A stretch of 64,000 nt of DNA. It comes from Candidatus Parcubacteria bacterium (GTDB taxonomy: Bacteria; Patescibacteriota; Minisyncoccia; Phycocordibacterales; UBA918). The position numbers and the translations under genes are program-made. Position 1 is the first letter of the stretch. Every line of letters begins with the position of its first letter. Below are positions 19,478 through 28,969 of the stretch, piece by piece. The stretch lies in contig JBJOPW010000001.1 in NCBI GenBank assembly GCA_046050355.1, forward strand, positions 67,858 through 131,857. Direction: 5' to 3'. The notes under the pieces were generated by a model that did no database searches, was not told where the DNA came from, and was given only the letters and a program-made list of their open reading frames with translations.

Positions 19478-21226
19478 TTAGCGAGTTAAGGTGGTTACGT
19501 CTGATACTTCTTTTTGTACAATTTGCTCTGCTGATTTTAACACGGTTCTTATATCTGTAATAAGGGCACCTTCGGTCGCTGTCAATTTACCGGTTTTGCG
19601 GCTACGAACAATATCCGCTTCGTGTGCATGCAGCAGTTCTTCAATAACAATAAATTGGGCATGAAGCGCAGTACCAACTTCACTACTTTCACGGTTAAGG
19701 AGTACCCGGAAGCGGCGATACCGTGCCAAGAAGTAAAAACTGCCGAGGGTAGCCAGTACGAGCAGGGCAATCAGTGGAATAATGACCGAGAGCACATCAA
19801 TCAAGAATGAACCGATTCGTACGAGACCCATAGGTTGTACAACAAATTGGACGGGGTCAGAAATACCACTTTGCGCACCAAACTCATCATGTGCAGCAGC
19901 CGTGAGGGCATAGACGCCTTCAGTGAGAGCGCTGTTCGGGATAAAACGAAACGTACCTGTTTCGTCACTCTTTACCTCGTAGATAGCTGGCTCTTGTCCA
20001 GTCTTCGTGAGGGTTACGGCGACTGTAGCATTTGGTCTTGTGGTACCAAGGAATACTGGGATGACACCGGTACTGATCTCGGTTGGCACATCGCTAAAGC
20101 GTGGTGCTTCAAATGATTCAATCTCGAACGTAAAGGTTGAGACCGTGCTGTTGCCGGCGGCATCAACCACTTCTACCACCATTGTTTGGCGACCGGGAGT
20201 CAATTTCTCGAGTTTTATTTCATTTTTACCTTCTTCATTTTTGTACTCAACTGGTGCAGCGCCATTGAGTTGTACCCTAAAGACTTTAATTGGTGAGCCA
20301 TTGGTATCAGTAGTTGATGCTACGACAATTTGTGTCGGATTCGCCAGATTGCTATCGGGTTTGAGGCTCAACACCACATTTTGGGGAGCGTTAGTATCAA
20401 CCCCGAGACGATAGTGCGCTACCTTGCCCCACCCCTCGGCATTTTTGAATTGGATATGGAAATACGATACCCCTTCATCGAGATCAGCAAGGGTAATCTC
20501 TTTGATAGGACTATCATAGACTTTGGTTGGTATGGCAGTCGGAGATTCATCAAGTGCGGTTCGTACAGCGACTACATCTCCCGGTAGTGTCCAGCGGAGA
20601 ATAGCGGTCTTGTCTTTTGACCAGCCGGCTGGGTCGCCATGGGTATCGGAGGTTATCTTTGGAGCCGCTGGTGTATTGGCTGGTGGTACGTATTCAACAA
20701 TGGTTTCGGGGGCTGGGGTCTCAGTGGCAGCAGAGATGGTATACGCACCACTCCCCATACTCGAGAGCACATTGGTCCCGCGACCATCAGCCGCTAGAAC
20801 AGAGCCACTACCAAAGGTGACACGCGCTGCTCCAGATCCCAGGGTGCGGAAGGTGATGTTCATCACTGTTCCTGACCCACCAGTGTAGCCGGTCGGCGTA
20901 CCACCGCTAAAGTTAATCGTACCAGCACTATTAGAGTAGGTTGGTTCGGTGGTCCAGAGATTAAAGATTGAACTACTGCGGGAAACCGACACTACCTGAA
21001 GCGCTTTATTATCAAAATTAATCGTGCCATCAGCGGCATTAATGGCAGCTCCTTTAGTATCAACCGCCACGCGCACAGTAAAGGTACTGCCGCTGCCATA
21101 GACACCAGTAGCTGGTGACATATTGAGAGTGGCCGCTAGAGCGAATGAACTAGAACCAAAGAGCGCAAGTAGTATAAGGAGACGACTAAACATATTAGTT
21201 AATTTCAGTGACCTCAGCCTCGGCAC
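19478..21226 (-). CDS. Type-I membrane surface protein: signal peptide, cohesin-like module, Ig-like domains, TM, cytoplasmic coiled-coil tail
   Basis: Signal peptide, then the module TFTVRVAVDTKGAAINAADGTINFDNKALQVVSVSRSSSIFNLWTTEPTYSNSAGTINFSGGTPTGYTGGSG. TM segment IPLIALLVLATLGSFYFL. Paralog of 56211..57755, with near-identical LWTTEPTYSNSAGTI(N/T)F(S/G)GG. Confidence 0.65.
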   Translation of the reverse strand: MPRLRSLKLTNMFSRLLILLALFGSSSFALAATLNMSPATGVYGSGSTFTVRVAVDTKGAAINAADGTINFDNKALQVVSVSRSSSIFNLWTTEPTYSNSAGTINFSGGTPTGYTGGSGTVMNITFRTLGSGAARVTFGSGSVLAADGRGTNVLSSMGSGAYTISAATETPAPETIVEYVPPANTPAAPKITSDTHGDPAGWSKDKTAILRWTLPGDVVAVRTALDESPTAIPTKVYDSPIKEITLADLDEGVSYFHIQFKNAEGWGKVAHYRLGVDTNAPQNVVLSLKPDSNLANPTQIVVASTTDTNGSPIKVFRVQLNGAAPVEYKNEEGKNEIKLEKLTPGRQTMVVEVVDAAGNSTVSTFTFEIESFEAPRFSDVPTEISTGVIPVFLGTTRPNATVAVTLTKTGQEPAIYEVKSDETGTFRFIPNSALTEGVYALTAAAHDEFGAQSGISDPVQFVVQPMGLVRIGSFLIDVLSVIIPLIALLVLATLGSFYFLARYRRFRVLLNRESSEVGTALHAQFIVIEELLHAHEADIVRSRKTGKLTATEGALITDIRTVLKSAEQIVQKEVSDVTTLTR

Positions 21227-22328
21227 TCACCGCGGAAGCCTGCTTTTGGCGGCGGCGTCGACGCCAATACCAGACTCCAGCGAAACTGAAGAGGACAAGC
21301 GCTACTCCAGTGGCTGCAGCCACTGCCAGCGTTATTGGTGAAAAGCGACTGATATGAGCGTTTTGTGGGGCCAAAGTAGCAATGTATTCATTCCCCGCTT
21401 TATCAACGGCGCGCACGCGGATAGTACTCTTGAGTGACTGATCAGTGAGCACATATGGACTGCGTCCTTCCGTCCACACTGTTGTGGCCGCACCAAAGGT
21501 AAAGAGTCTCGTGTCCTCAACCGGTTCTTCGATTACTTCATAGTGACTCATGCCACTTTGTTTGTCGGTAGTGTTAAAGACAATATAGTACTTCTTTTCA
21601 AAAGCATAGTCGTCTTTCTCGAGGGTAATAGAAAATTCTTCGGGCGGGATATCATCATCTGCAACAACATCTCGCCACTCATCGATAATAGTAGACCCAA
21701 CAACTTGATTGAGCGTCAATTCTGCCCCGAGTGTTTGGAGCGCTGCTTCAGTCCCAAAACCATCATTCAAAAAGGCGCGTGTTTCTGGATTAAATGTCAC
21801 CGTTCCAAAGGGAGCGACCTCCCCACCACCAACGGTGAGACCGGGAGCACGAAATACAATCTGGAGTAGTGTATTAGTGAGTCTCGGATCACCATCAACA
21901 CGCCCACAATAGCCATTTGGAATACCGCCAGCAAATGAGATGGTGCGTGCATTTTTGTCAATCACTGGCTGTTCCACCCAAATTGGAAATATTGACTGGC
22001 CAATTGAAATATCAACCGGATTTATAGCCTCGTTGTAACTAATCACCCCATCAATAGCATTAATACATTCATCTTCAGCTTCGTTCGTATCTAGTCGCAC
22101 TGAGAGTGTCACTGAATCACCACGATTAAGTGTTGGTCGCGGCGGGTCAAGGTACAAGGTGGCTGCTGACACGGAATCAGCCACCAAAAACATACACAAA
22201 AAGAGAACGAGTCGGTAGACCATACTTGTAGTATACAGAATAGAATCATACAAAAACGGCTTTTTACACAAACAAAAACTCCCCGTGGTGGGGGAAGTTT
22301 TTGTTGTATTACTCCAAGCTTGGACCAA
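21195..22328 (-). CDS. Membrane-anchored surface protein with a cohesin-like module (divergent paralog)
   Basis: Signal peptide. Module ...INAIDGVISYNEAINPVDISIGQSIFPIWVEQPV...ISFAGGIPNGYCG aligns with 19478/56211. C-terminal TM and an Arg-rich tail (WYWRRRRRQ). Confidence 0.55.
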   Translation of the reverse strand: MVQAWSNTTKTSPTTGSFCLCKKPFLYDSILYTTSMVYRLVLFLCMFLVADSVSAATLYLDPPRPTLNRGDSVTLSVRLDTNEAEDECINAIDGVISYNEAINPVDISIGQSIFPIWVEQPVIDKNARTISFAGGIPNGYCGRVDGDPRLTNTLLQIVFRAPGLTVGGGEVAPFGTVTFNPETRAFLNDGFGTEAALQTLGAELTLNQVVGSTIIDEWRDVVADDDIPPEEFSITLEKDDYAFEKKYYIVFNTTDKQSGMSHYEVIEEPVEDTRLFTFGAATTVWTEGRSPYVLTDQSLKSTIRVRAVDKAGNEYIATLAPQNAHISRFSPITLAVAAATGVALVLFSFAGVWYWRRRRRQKQASAVSAEAEVTEIN

Positions 22329-22334
22329 TATTCT

Positions 22335-23543
22335 TTAGAACACTGGGGTTGCTACGTATGTCAGCGTAGCGTTGTAGTCGTTCCCCGCTTCCTGGAGCGG
22401 AGAAATTTCAACCTTGTAACCAACGCGGGTACGACCAATATTTGGTGTAACTCCGTCTGATGGTCCATTGTGTCGAAATACTTCAACCGGTGTGGTCGAG
22501 GCAGAAACAAAGCGCTGCCCGGTTCCTCCGGCATCAAATGGATCGGTGAGACCAGCGGTGAGTGAGGCGTCTTCTGTGGTTAGACCCCAGTGACCCCACG
22601 TATTCTCATTACTGATTGTCCCGGTTGGTGGATCCCACGCCACTGGCGTGTTAGTGTACGCACCATCAATAAATCCATCGATATCAGCACCCGTTGAAGA
22701 GAGCAACTGCTGATCAACTTCTACTGTTACCGCAAAGCCGTAACTCGCATTTGTTGACACAGACAATTGCTGAGCTGATGTCGTGGCTGAACCCTGTGTC
22801 AAAACTCCAAATGGAATTGAGGTAGCAGAGGTCGAGCCAGTAATTGCTTCTTGGTTAACGGTACCGGTAGCGACACCACTTACCGTAAAGGTAAAGCTCG
22901 TGTCAACAGCGGCTGTAACCACGACTGGTGAAATGATCGCTACTCGAGTAGACCCACTATCTACTGAACCAGCAGTGATGTCAATCTCGTATGAGCCGAC
23001 AGCAGGGTTGGTCAATTGAGCGTTACCAGTGGCACCAAAGGTGGCATTGGTTCCGATCTGAATAGTGGTAGTGCCATTAGCCGGTAATGAGGCACCATCG
23101 CCGGGACAGAACTGGAGCGTAATGGTGTTGGTAGTTGTTGAAAAACCAACTTCATCAGATCCTCCACATCCGTTCCCAACAGACAAATCTGTTCCATCAT
23201 CAGTGATATCTACATCGTCAAACGCGACTGCTCCAAGAGCGAAAGGCCCGTTAGAGAAATTGAGGACAATAGATTCACCGTTTGCTACGCCAGTAGGTGT
23301 AACAAAACTGATGGTGTGATTTGATGGCACACTCGGGGCTGAATCCGAGAGCGTATCACTTACTAATCTGACATTTGCGGCCTCCGCAAAGCGGAATGTT
23401 GGTAGACCCAATGACCATAACAAAATGGCAAGTCCAACAACAGAAGCCAGTGCTTGGAGTAGTCCGAACGTTGAATTCGTTCTACTCATGACTCTACGTT
23501 GTATTAGCCAGGCGCTGCTGCGAGAGCAAAAGCAATGCAGCAA
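22335..23543 (-). CDS. Secreted Thr/Ser-rich beta-rich surface protein
   Basis: N-terminal TM or signal. Low-complexity T/S/G-rich. The C-terminal beta-strand ...ATLTYVATPVF resembles the C-termini of the two giant proteins (...TEIVYIAVPVY, ...GINVFTPVSP). Confidence 0.55.
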   Translation of the reverse strand: MLHCFCSRSSAWLIQRRVMSRTNSTFGLLQALASVVGLAILLWSLGLPTFRFAEAANVRLVSDTLSDSAPSVPSNHTISFVTPTGVANGESIVLNFSNGPFALGAVAFDDVDITDDGTDLSVGNGCGGSDEVGFSTTTNTITLQFCPGDGASLPANGTTTIQIGTNATFGATGNAQLTNPAVGSYEIDITAGSVDSGSTRVAIISPVVVTAAVDTSFTFTVSGVATGTVNQEAITGSTSATSIPFGVLTQGSATTSAQQLSVSTNASYGFAVTVEVDQQLLSSTGADIDGFIDGAYTNTPVAWDPPTGTISNENTWGHWGLTTEDASLTAGLTDPFDAGGTGQRFVSASTTPVEVFRHNGPSDGVTPNIGRTRVGYKVEISPLQEAGNDYNATLTYVATPVF

Positions 23544-23825
23544 CGTGACTCGCGACCGTCATCGTTCACAGTGTGGTCTCCACCCCACTTCTGTATAGAC
23601 GAGCGACAGGCATACTAATGCTGTAACAGTGGCTGTTCTGTCCTAGCATTCCATTGTGGTGGGAGCTAGCAGTATCATTAAATAGATACCTCCAAACATT
23701 AGTACTCATTCATTGTAGCTTGCGCGTGTCAGCAAAAGAGAAACTTATACACAAAAAACAATCTCAAGTTTACCAACTATACAGACGATGTTAGAAATTT
23801 TTATACAAAATGATATAGTATATCA

Positions 23826-24419
23826 ATGCCAGATTTGGATTCACTCCTTGAGTTTACACGCCTGATGTCAAAGCTTTCAACTACTGAGCGTTTTGTTAAC
23901 AAAATCGGTACTAATACGCGTGAGAATTTCTCAGAACACTGCACACAACTTGCTTTTACTGCTTGGTACCTGATTGAAAAACATAAAATGTCGCTGGCTA
24001 TAGAGAAAGTTCTACAATACGCTCTCATACACGACATTGTGGAAACGTATACCGGCGACTTTCCCACCCATTTACCTAACTGTGACCGACAGGAAAAAGA
24101 ACGCCGAGAACGTGAAGCCTTTGCATGTATCAAACAAGATTTTCCCGACGCTACAAGTTTATGGTTACAATACGCGCAATATGAACAAAAGATCGATGCC
24201 GAAAGTAAGTTCGTTTACGCACTCGATAAACTACTACCAGGACTTAACATTTATTTAGACTCAGGCAAAGCCTGGGCTGAGAGGGATCCGGAGAATAACA
24301 CTTGGAGTTTCGATGATCTATCAAAACGGGTAGCACACGATCAGTTAGTTTCTCAGCTATGGGAAGAAATTCGGACTCGAATCTATACAGAACATCCAGA
24401 GTTTTTCTCCCAGCCGTAA
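23826..24419 (+). CDS. HD-domain phosphohydrolase (YfbR-like 5'-deoxynucleotidase family)
   Basis: 197 aa. HD motif region H...LAFTAWYL, then YALIHDIVETYTGDFPT. One of only two plus-strand genes. Confidence 0.7.
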   Translation: MPDLDSLLEFTRLMSKLSTTERFVNKIGTNTRENFSEHCTQLAFTAWYLIEKHKMSLAIEKVLQYALIHDIVETYTGDFPTHLPNCDRQEKERREREAFACIKQDFPDATSLWLQYAQYEQKIDAESKFVYALDKLLPGLNIYLDSGKAWAERDPENNTWSFDDLSKRVAHDQLVSQLWEEIRTRIYTEHPEFFSQP

Positions 24420-24497
24420 AAAAATGTAACATATACTGTCGTCAGTAAAGAGTTCGCCAAATGACCCTAGATTCGAGGCGTGCGAGGAAATTGTTGT

Positions 24498-24520
24498 GAG
24501 CCGTACTGGCTGTACGGTGA
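24498..24520 (-). terminator. Conserved 3'-UTR stem-loop downstream of the dockerin gene 24571..25677 (GAGCCGTAC-TGGCT-GTACGGTGA)
   Basis: 6-bp stem CCGTAC/GTACGG. A homologous hairpin at 58588..58609 downstream of the paralogous dockerin gene carries compensatory changes (CCGTAT/ATACGG). Confidence 0.4.
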
Positions 24521-24570
24521 ACTGCAATTTACCGAAGCACAACAAAGAAGATAGGGTTAGTTGGTGGACT

Positions 24571-25677
24571 CTACCCGGTCCAGTTGAAGAGGAGGATTGA
24601 GAAGTCTTCAAGTCCAACCTTCCCATTACTATTGATATCCGCCGGCGGGTTTGAGTCACCGCCATTAGTACTCCACCAGAAAATGAGAATAGAAAAGTCG
24701 GTTAGATTAACCTTACCATCACGACTGAGGTCAGATGGCGAGCTGGGTGCGCCATCGACGCCTAAAAGCAGCTGCACGACACTACTATAACCACTTTGGG
24801 TCAGTAGTGGTGGTGTGCCAGTAATAGAGCGAACTTTGATTGGATAGGTGGCATTACGGAGACTCGCCGTATTGAGCGTATAGCTGTAACGACCACTAGT
24901 GTCACTGGTCGTTCGTTCGGTGCGAAGACTACTGTTCCCTACCTGGATTTCGATCGCAGCACTCGGGACTGCCTGTCCAGAAATCGTAACTGTTCCGCCA
25001 GGACTGACTTTAGTATTTGATAAGGCTAAGGTCGGCGGCAACAAAAGGCCACTGACATTTGTTACGGCGCCTTGAGTCACATCAAAGGTACTATTGAGCG
25101 TGATAGAGCGTACCCCCGTCGAGTCATTCGCCCACACACCCATGGTAGCGGTTCCTGGCGACGCTTTGGTCGAAAATTCAAAACGACCGGTACTATTAGC
25201 TCGTACGGAACCGACAGACTTGGTATCAAGAAGAAAATTAACTTGCTGATTTGGATACGCAATACCAGTAATACTGATTGACGAATCACCAAGATCGCGG
25301 GTACCACCGCCACCTCCTCCACCGCCAGATGATCCACCGCCGCCAGAACCAGCCGGTTCTATTTGACAGGTAGCCGAACAAAAATCACCACCGGTGTTAT
25401 TCGCATCGTCACACTCTTCTGCATAAGTAGTCTGCAAAATACCATCACCGCAGTATGGTCCATAGTCACAGACAGCATTGCATTGTCGCCCAGCAATGGT
25501 GGTACTGTAGAGACCAATTTCACCAGGCACATCGCACTGTTCCCCGACATCGATGAGTGCGTTCCCGCAGATACTCAAATCAATAGTGGTTGTTGCTGTT
25601 GAAATAGTGACAGCGAGTACTTCGTGTGGCATAACACCAAGCGAAGCGACGAAGAGGAGGAGAGCAGCAAGGCGCAT
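24571..25677 (-). CDS. Secreted protein: Myxococcus-type cysteine-rich repeats, Gly-rich linker, Ig-like domains, C-terminal dockerin
   Basis: Signal peptide MRLAALLLFVASLGVMPHEVLA. CGNALIDVGEQCD...CGDGILQTTYAEECDDANNTGGDFCSATCQIE fits the CGDG...EECDDGN...GDGCS..C repeat. GSGGGGSSGGGGGGGG linker. C-terminus DLSRDGKVNLTDFSILIFWW...DINSNGKVGLEDFSILLFNW is a tandem dockerin. Confidence 0.75.
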   Translation of the reverse strand: MRLAALLLFVASLGVMPHEVLAVTISTATTTIDLSICGNALIDVGEQCDVPGEIGLYSTTIAGRQCNAVCDYGPYCGDGILQTTYAEECDDANNTGGDFCSATCQIEPAGSGGGGSSGGGGGGGGTRDLGDSSISITGIAYPNQQVNFLLDTKSVGSVRANSTGRFEFSTKASPGTATMGVWANDSTGVRSITLNSTFDVTQGAVTNVSGLLLPPTLALSNTKVSPGGTVTISGQAVPSAAIEIQVGNSSLRTERTTSDTSGRYSYTLNTASLRNATYPIKVRSITGTPPLLTQSGYSSVVQLLLGVDGAPSSPSDLSRDGKVNLTDFSILIFWWSTNGGDSNPPADINSNGKVGLEDFSILLFNWTG

Positions 25678-25682
25678 AACAA

Positions 25683-26729
25683 CTACGTTAAACGAGAACG
25701 ACGGTTATGAATAAAGAATAAGATGACAATAAGTACTGCGAAGATTGGCAGCAGGATCGATAGCTTGTGTGCTATTGATAGTCCCATAAAGCCGTAACCA
25801 GCGACCTGTAGCGTGCCATATGGCAATATACTCAAGTTGAGTTCACCCTCTTGTTTGACATCCTCGCCATTTTTAATGGTATACCGCGCGATATAGCTAC
25901 CAGCCGGTAACCGGGTCGGGAGTGAGGCACTAATTTCTTCTATCGCGTAGGGAGCGATTTTTTTGAGACGACCCGTATGGTGGGTTTCCTCGAGTAATAC
26001 GGCGCCAGCGCGATCATAAATACGAAACTCAACATCTGACGGAGCAACATCAATGTTACCGGTGTTCTCAATCAACATCGAAAAATTAATCTTGCCAGGG
26101 AAATACAACCAACCAACTTTCTTTCCTTCATTGAGATCACTGACAGTAATCTTACGGACGCGGAAATCTTCGATGACTTTATCAATGACTGATAGATCGA
26201 CATCAACTTGAGCACCCAGAGAAATGCTTACGACACCCTCAGCGACCTGATCATCAGCTGGCAGCGTACGGATACGAATCTTGCCGGTATAGTCTGCAAA
26301 ATCTGCCTCAGCTGGAACCTTGATACGTACTGTCATGGGCACTTTTTGTTGTCCACGTGGCAAGGCGATACTTTGACCTTCAACAATCTCTATCCAATCC
26401 TGAATCTCTGGTGCGTCAATTGTAATTTCGGCTTTGAGATTGTCACTTGGGTTACCACGAACCAGGAGAATCTGCTGTTCGTAGGTTGAGTTGCGTGTCA
26501 GGCTGGTGTTCCGAACATACGGCGGGGTAATACCAAAACTAGCGTAACTTAAGGCTGGCCAAAAAGCCAAAGTTGCGAGCACACACAAAACAAAAGAACG
26601 AAGCAAAAACGTTGGCAAAATTACCTTCATGCGATACTCACTATTATCGAAAATATTAGCCAAAAAAGCAATAACCACTGTTCGGATAACAGTGGTTATT
26701 GCTTGTTGTATAGAGTGATGGTTTACCAA
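25683..26729 (-). CDS. Hypothetical surface protein with a signal peptide and a C-terminal TM anchor
   Basis: N-terminal hydrophobic segment, a beta-rich ectodomain, C-terminal TM LSILLPIFAVLIVILFFI followed by HNRRSRLT. Confidence 0.5.
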   Translation of the reverse strand: MVNHHSIQQAITTVIRTVVIAFLANIFDNSEYRMKVILPTFLLRSFVLCVLATLAFWPALSYASFGITPPYVRNTSLTRNSTYEQQILLVRGNPSDNLKAEITIDAPEIQDWIEIVEGQSIALPRGQQKVPMTVRIKVPAEADFADYTGKIRIRTLPADDQVAEGVVSISLGAQVDVDLSVIDKVIEDFRVRKITVSDLNEGKKVGWLYFPGKINFSMLIENTGNIDVAPSDVEFRIYDRAGAVLLEETHHTGRLKKIAPYAIEEISASLPTRLPAGSYIARYTIKNGEDVKQEGELNLSILPYGTLQVAGYGFMGLSIAHKLSILLPIFAVLIVILFFIHNRRSRLT

Positions 26730-28600
26730 CTTAATGGATTTGAGATTGCACCAGTGAAAGTGTTTTGTCCGGTGTATGATCCAGCGAGGGTGATCGTACC
26801 TGGTACCGCAATACCCCAGTAGGTTGTACCTGATGTTGGTGTCGAGGTCGCAGTTGGTTTTGGAATCTGAATCTGTAACGTTGCCGGTGACGTAGTTGGT
26901 TGAAGCGCTGCACCAGAGGCATAGGCAACCGCAGAAGTAGCATACCGCTGCTCACCTTGTGGAATTGTCGACGTGGCAGAAACTGGGCAAGGGTTAGTGG
27001 TACTAAAGGTCGTACACATAGACTCACCACCAAGGAGTTGATTAAGACCAGTGTTACCAAGGACTCGTAGTGATGACGATGAAGTCAAGTTTGGCATGTT
27101 TGTCCCCGGCTCAAGCTGATCGTACGCAATGGTACTCGTCAGGAGATCAATGGCCACGAGACTCAAGAGTTCTACCGGACTGGTGGTAGTCGCCATGGTA
27201 CCAGTGGCATTATCATCATCGACACCAGCTACACCAGCACTCCAAGCCTGCGTATCAAATGGTGTTCCAGAAACAGTTGGATCAGCAATGAACCAGAGTG
27301 GGAAGGAACATGAGTAACTGATCGTATCGTCAGTGTTGCCGGTACACGATGTTGTGGAAGCTGTACATGAAAGGTTCCAAACTGAAGCAGCTACTCCACT
27401 TGGATAACAGTTGTTTGCATTGTAAGCTCCAGCTGATCCATCACAAGTTGTTGTTCCAACCGCACTACGGAAGATAGAGACCACCGAACGCTGGATTTCA
27501 TCAGCCGCACCGCCACCAACCGCATCACAACTGTTAGCATCAGCCACCACAAAATCAAGCGTAAAACCTGTTGTTTGTGAACCCGGCACTGTAAGCACTA
27601 TATCAAGTCCACCATTAAGAGAAATGGTACCACCGGCCACTGTTGGTGCGACGTTGCTGACTTCAAAGGTAACGTTTGTACCTTGTGCACCACCTGATGC
27701 TTCGTGACCGTGCTCATCATAAAGATACGCAAATGCGTTGTAGTTAGTGTCCTGAAGAATAGTAGCCATTACTCGCGAGGTGGTGGCGTTAGCAAACGCA
27801 ATCGAGAGTGATGATGAAGCAACAGTATCACCGGCGCCACAACTGTTCGTACTGGTACTATATGAAGCCGAACCACAAACTACCAGGTAAAGTGCGTCAT
27901 CAGTATCTACAACGTCTGGGTCAGTAGAGGTTGATCTAAAGAGTAGTGTACCGCCTGGATTAACTGGACCATCATTACTAAACCCAGTGAAAACTGGTCG
28001 ACGATTCACATTAAATGGTGACGAGTTCGTCGCATTTGTACCCTGTGAGAAAGTGGTACTACAACGGGGGTTTACCGGATCATCGTCACACACCCAGGCG
28101 TACCAGTCGTTTGATTCAGCAAAGGGCGCAACTTCTACGGTCGTGGTGGCAGCACGGGCTTCAGTGCCACTTGGCGTGCCCGTAGAAACCGCCCAGCGTG
28201 TACCAGCACTACAGACAGGAGCCGCAGTACCTAAGGTGGTTGTCGACTGTTGAGCAGTTGGGGTGGCGTTTGTACTACACACAATGAGGAAGTATGGTGC
28301 ACCGTTGGCATCGCTTGCTGTTCCGACCCAAGCTACTTGATCACCTGAGTTCGTTGGCGAGGTTGAAGATGAGCTGATTAACTCACGACCCTCTTGTCCA
28401 GCCACCCAGGTTGGCGGCGTGTTAAGTACGGTCAACGTGGTCGTTGCAGTACTGGTCGCTTCGGCCTTTTCAAGCTCAGTTTTACCAATGTTAAGAATAA
28501 AGATGAAGGTAAAAATGAGCAACCCTGATAATGCTGATAATACGGTGATTTTCCCAGCGGTCTCTACATACCGTGGAAAGTTATTTTTGTTGTACAACAT
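26723..28600 (-). CDS. Thr/Ser-rich secreted or anchored surface protein (625 aa)
   Basis: N-terminal TM (ITVLSALSGLLIFTFIFIL). Extended T/S-rich low-complexity beta-rich sequence with many Cys pairs. 7-nt overlap with the downstream gene. Confidence 0.55.
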   Translation of the reverse strand: MLYNKNNFPRYVETAGKITVLSALSGLLIFTFIFILNIGKTELEKAEATSTATTTLTVLNTPPTWVAGQEGRELISSSSTSPTNSGDQVAWVGTASDANGAPYFLIVCSTNATPTAQQSTTTLGTAAPVCSAGTRWAVSTGTPSGTEARAATTTVEVAPFAESNDWYAWVCDDDPVNPRCSTTFSQGTNATNSSPFNVNRRPVFTGFSNDGPVNPGGTLLFRSTSTDPDVVDTDDALYLVVCGSASYSTSTNSCGAGDTVASSSLSIAFANATTSRVMATILQDTNYNAFAYLYDEHGHEASGGAQGTNVTFEVSNVAPTVAGGTISLNGGLDIVLTVPGSQTTGFTLDFVVADANSCDAVGGGAADEIQRSVVSIFRSAVGTTTCDGSAGAYNANNCYPSGVAASVWNLSCTASTTSCTGNTDDTISYSCSFPLWFIADPTVSGTPFDTQAWSAGVAGVDDDNATGTMATTTSPVELLSLVAIDLLTSTIAYDQLEPGTNMPNLTSSSSLRVLGNTGLNQLLGGESMCTTFSTTNPCPVSATSTIPQGEQRYATSAVAYASGAALQPTTSPATLQIQIPKPTATSTPTSGTTYWGIAVPGTITLAGSYTGQNTFTGAISNPLSW

Positions 28601-28703
28601 ACTAAATACCTATATATTGTATCGGATAAAGGCCTGAGTTATGCACTAGTTATGCACAGTAAGCAACCTCTGTGACAGCTGGTGAGTTTTAGTCACTGCG
28701 ATA

Positions 28704-28737
28704 ATTTTTAAAAAAGACGAGGTCGGACCTCGTCCTT
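28704..28737 (-). terminator. Intrinsic terminator on the minus strand, using a REP-like palindrome (GACGAGGTC-G-GACCTCGTC) followed by TTTTTT
   Basis: Perfect 9-bp palindrome at 28716..28734. On the minus strand it is immediately followed by a U6 run (plus-strand AAAAAA at 28710..28715). It lies 3' (in the minus sense) of the FtsX gene and the repeat or ncRNA region. Confidence 0.45.
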
Positions 28738-28790
28738 AGGGGCACCAAGAAACTAAAGTTCCTCAAATAAAGTGAGCGTCTGGTGGCCAA

Positions 28791-28940
28791 GAGACGTGGA
28801 CTGGGCCATTAGGGATAGTGAGAAATGGGGTGGGACCCATTTCTCAAGACTCATTGTGGATATTTGTGAGTGATAACGAAACAAATAGCCCAATGAGTGG
28901 ACAGCCTCTGTAAGAAGTCAGCTCACGGAAATTCGTCAGG
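28791..28940. ncRNA. Candidate structured RNA, tandem unit 1
   Basis: ~150-nt unit repeated at 28970..29120 (~80% identity). Three helices: 28820..28828/28837..28845, 28849..28856/28891..28898 and 28862..28867/28881..28886. Each is preserved in unit 2 by compensatory substitutions. Strand undetermined. Confidence 0.35.
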
Positions 28941-28969
28941 TAAGCATAAAGAGAGTGTGCGGTAGCTGT

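Noticed and set aside
23544-23825. tRNA or small RNA in the 282-bp divergent spacer upstream of the HD-domain gene
   Set aside because: I could not find a cloverleaf, with an acceptor stem plus TPsiC-like GTTCRA motif, or any convincing conserved hairpin. The region more likely holds divergent promoters (TTAGAA-17-TATAGT lies just upstream of the HD gene start).
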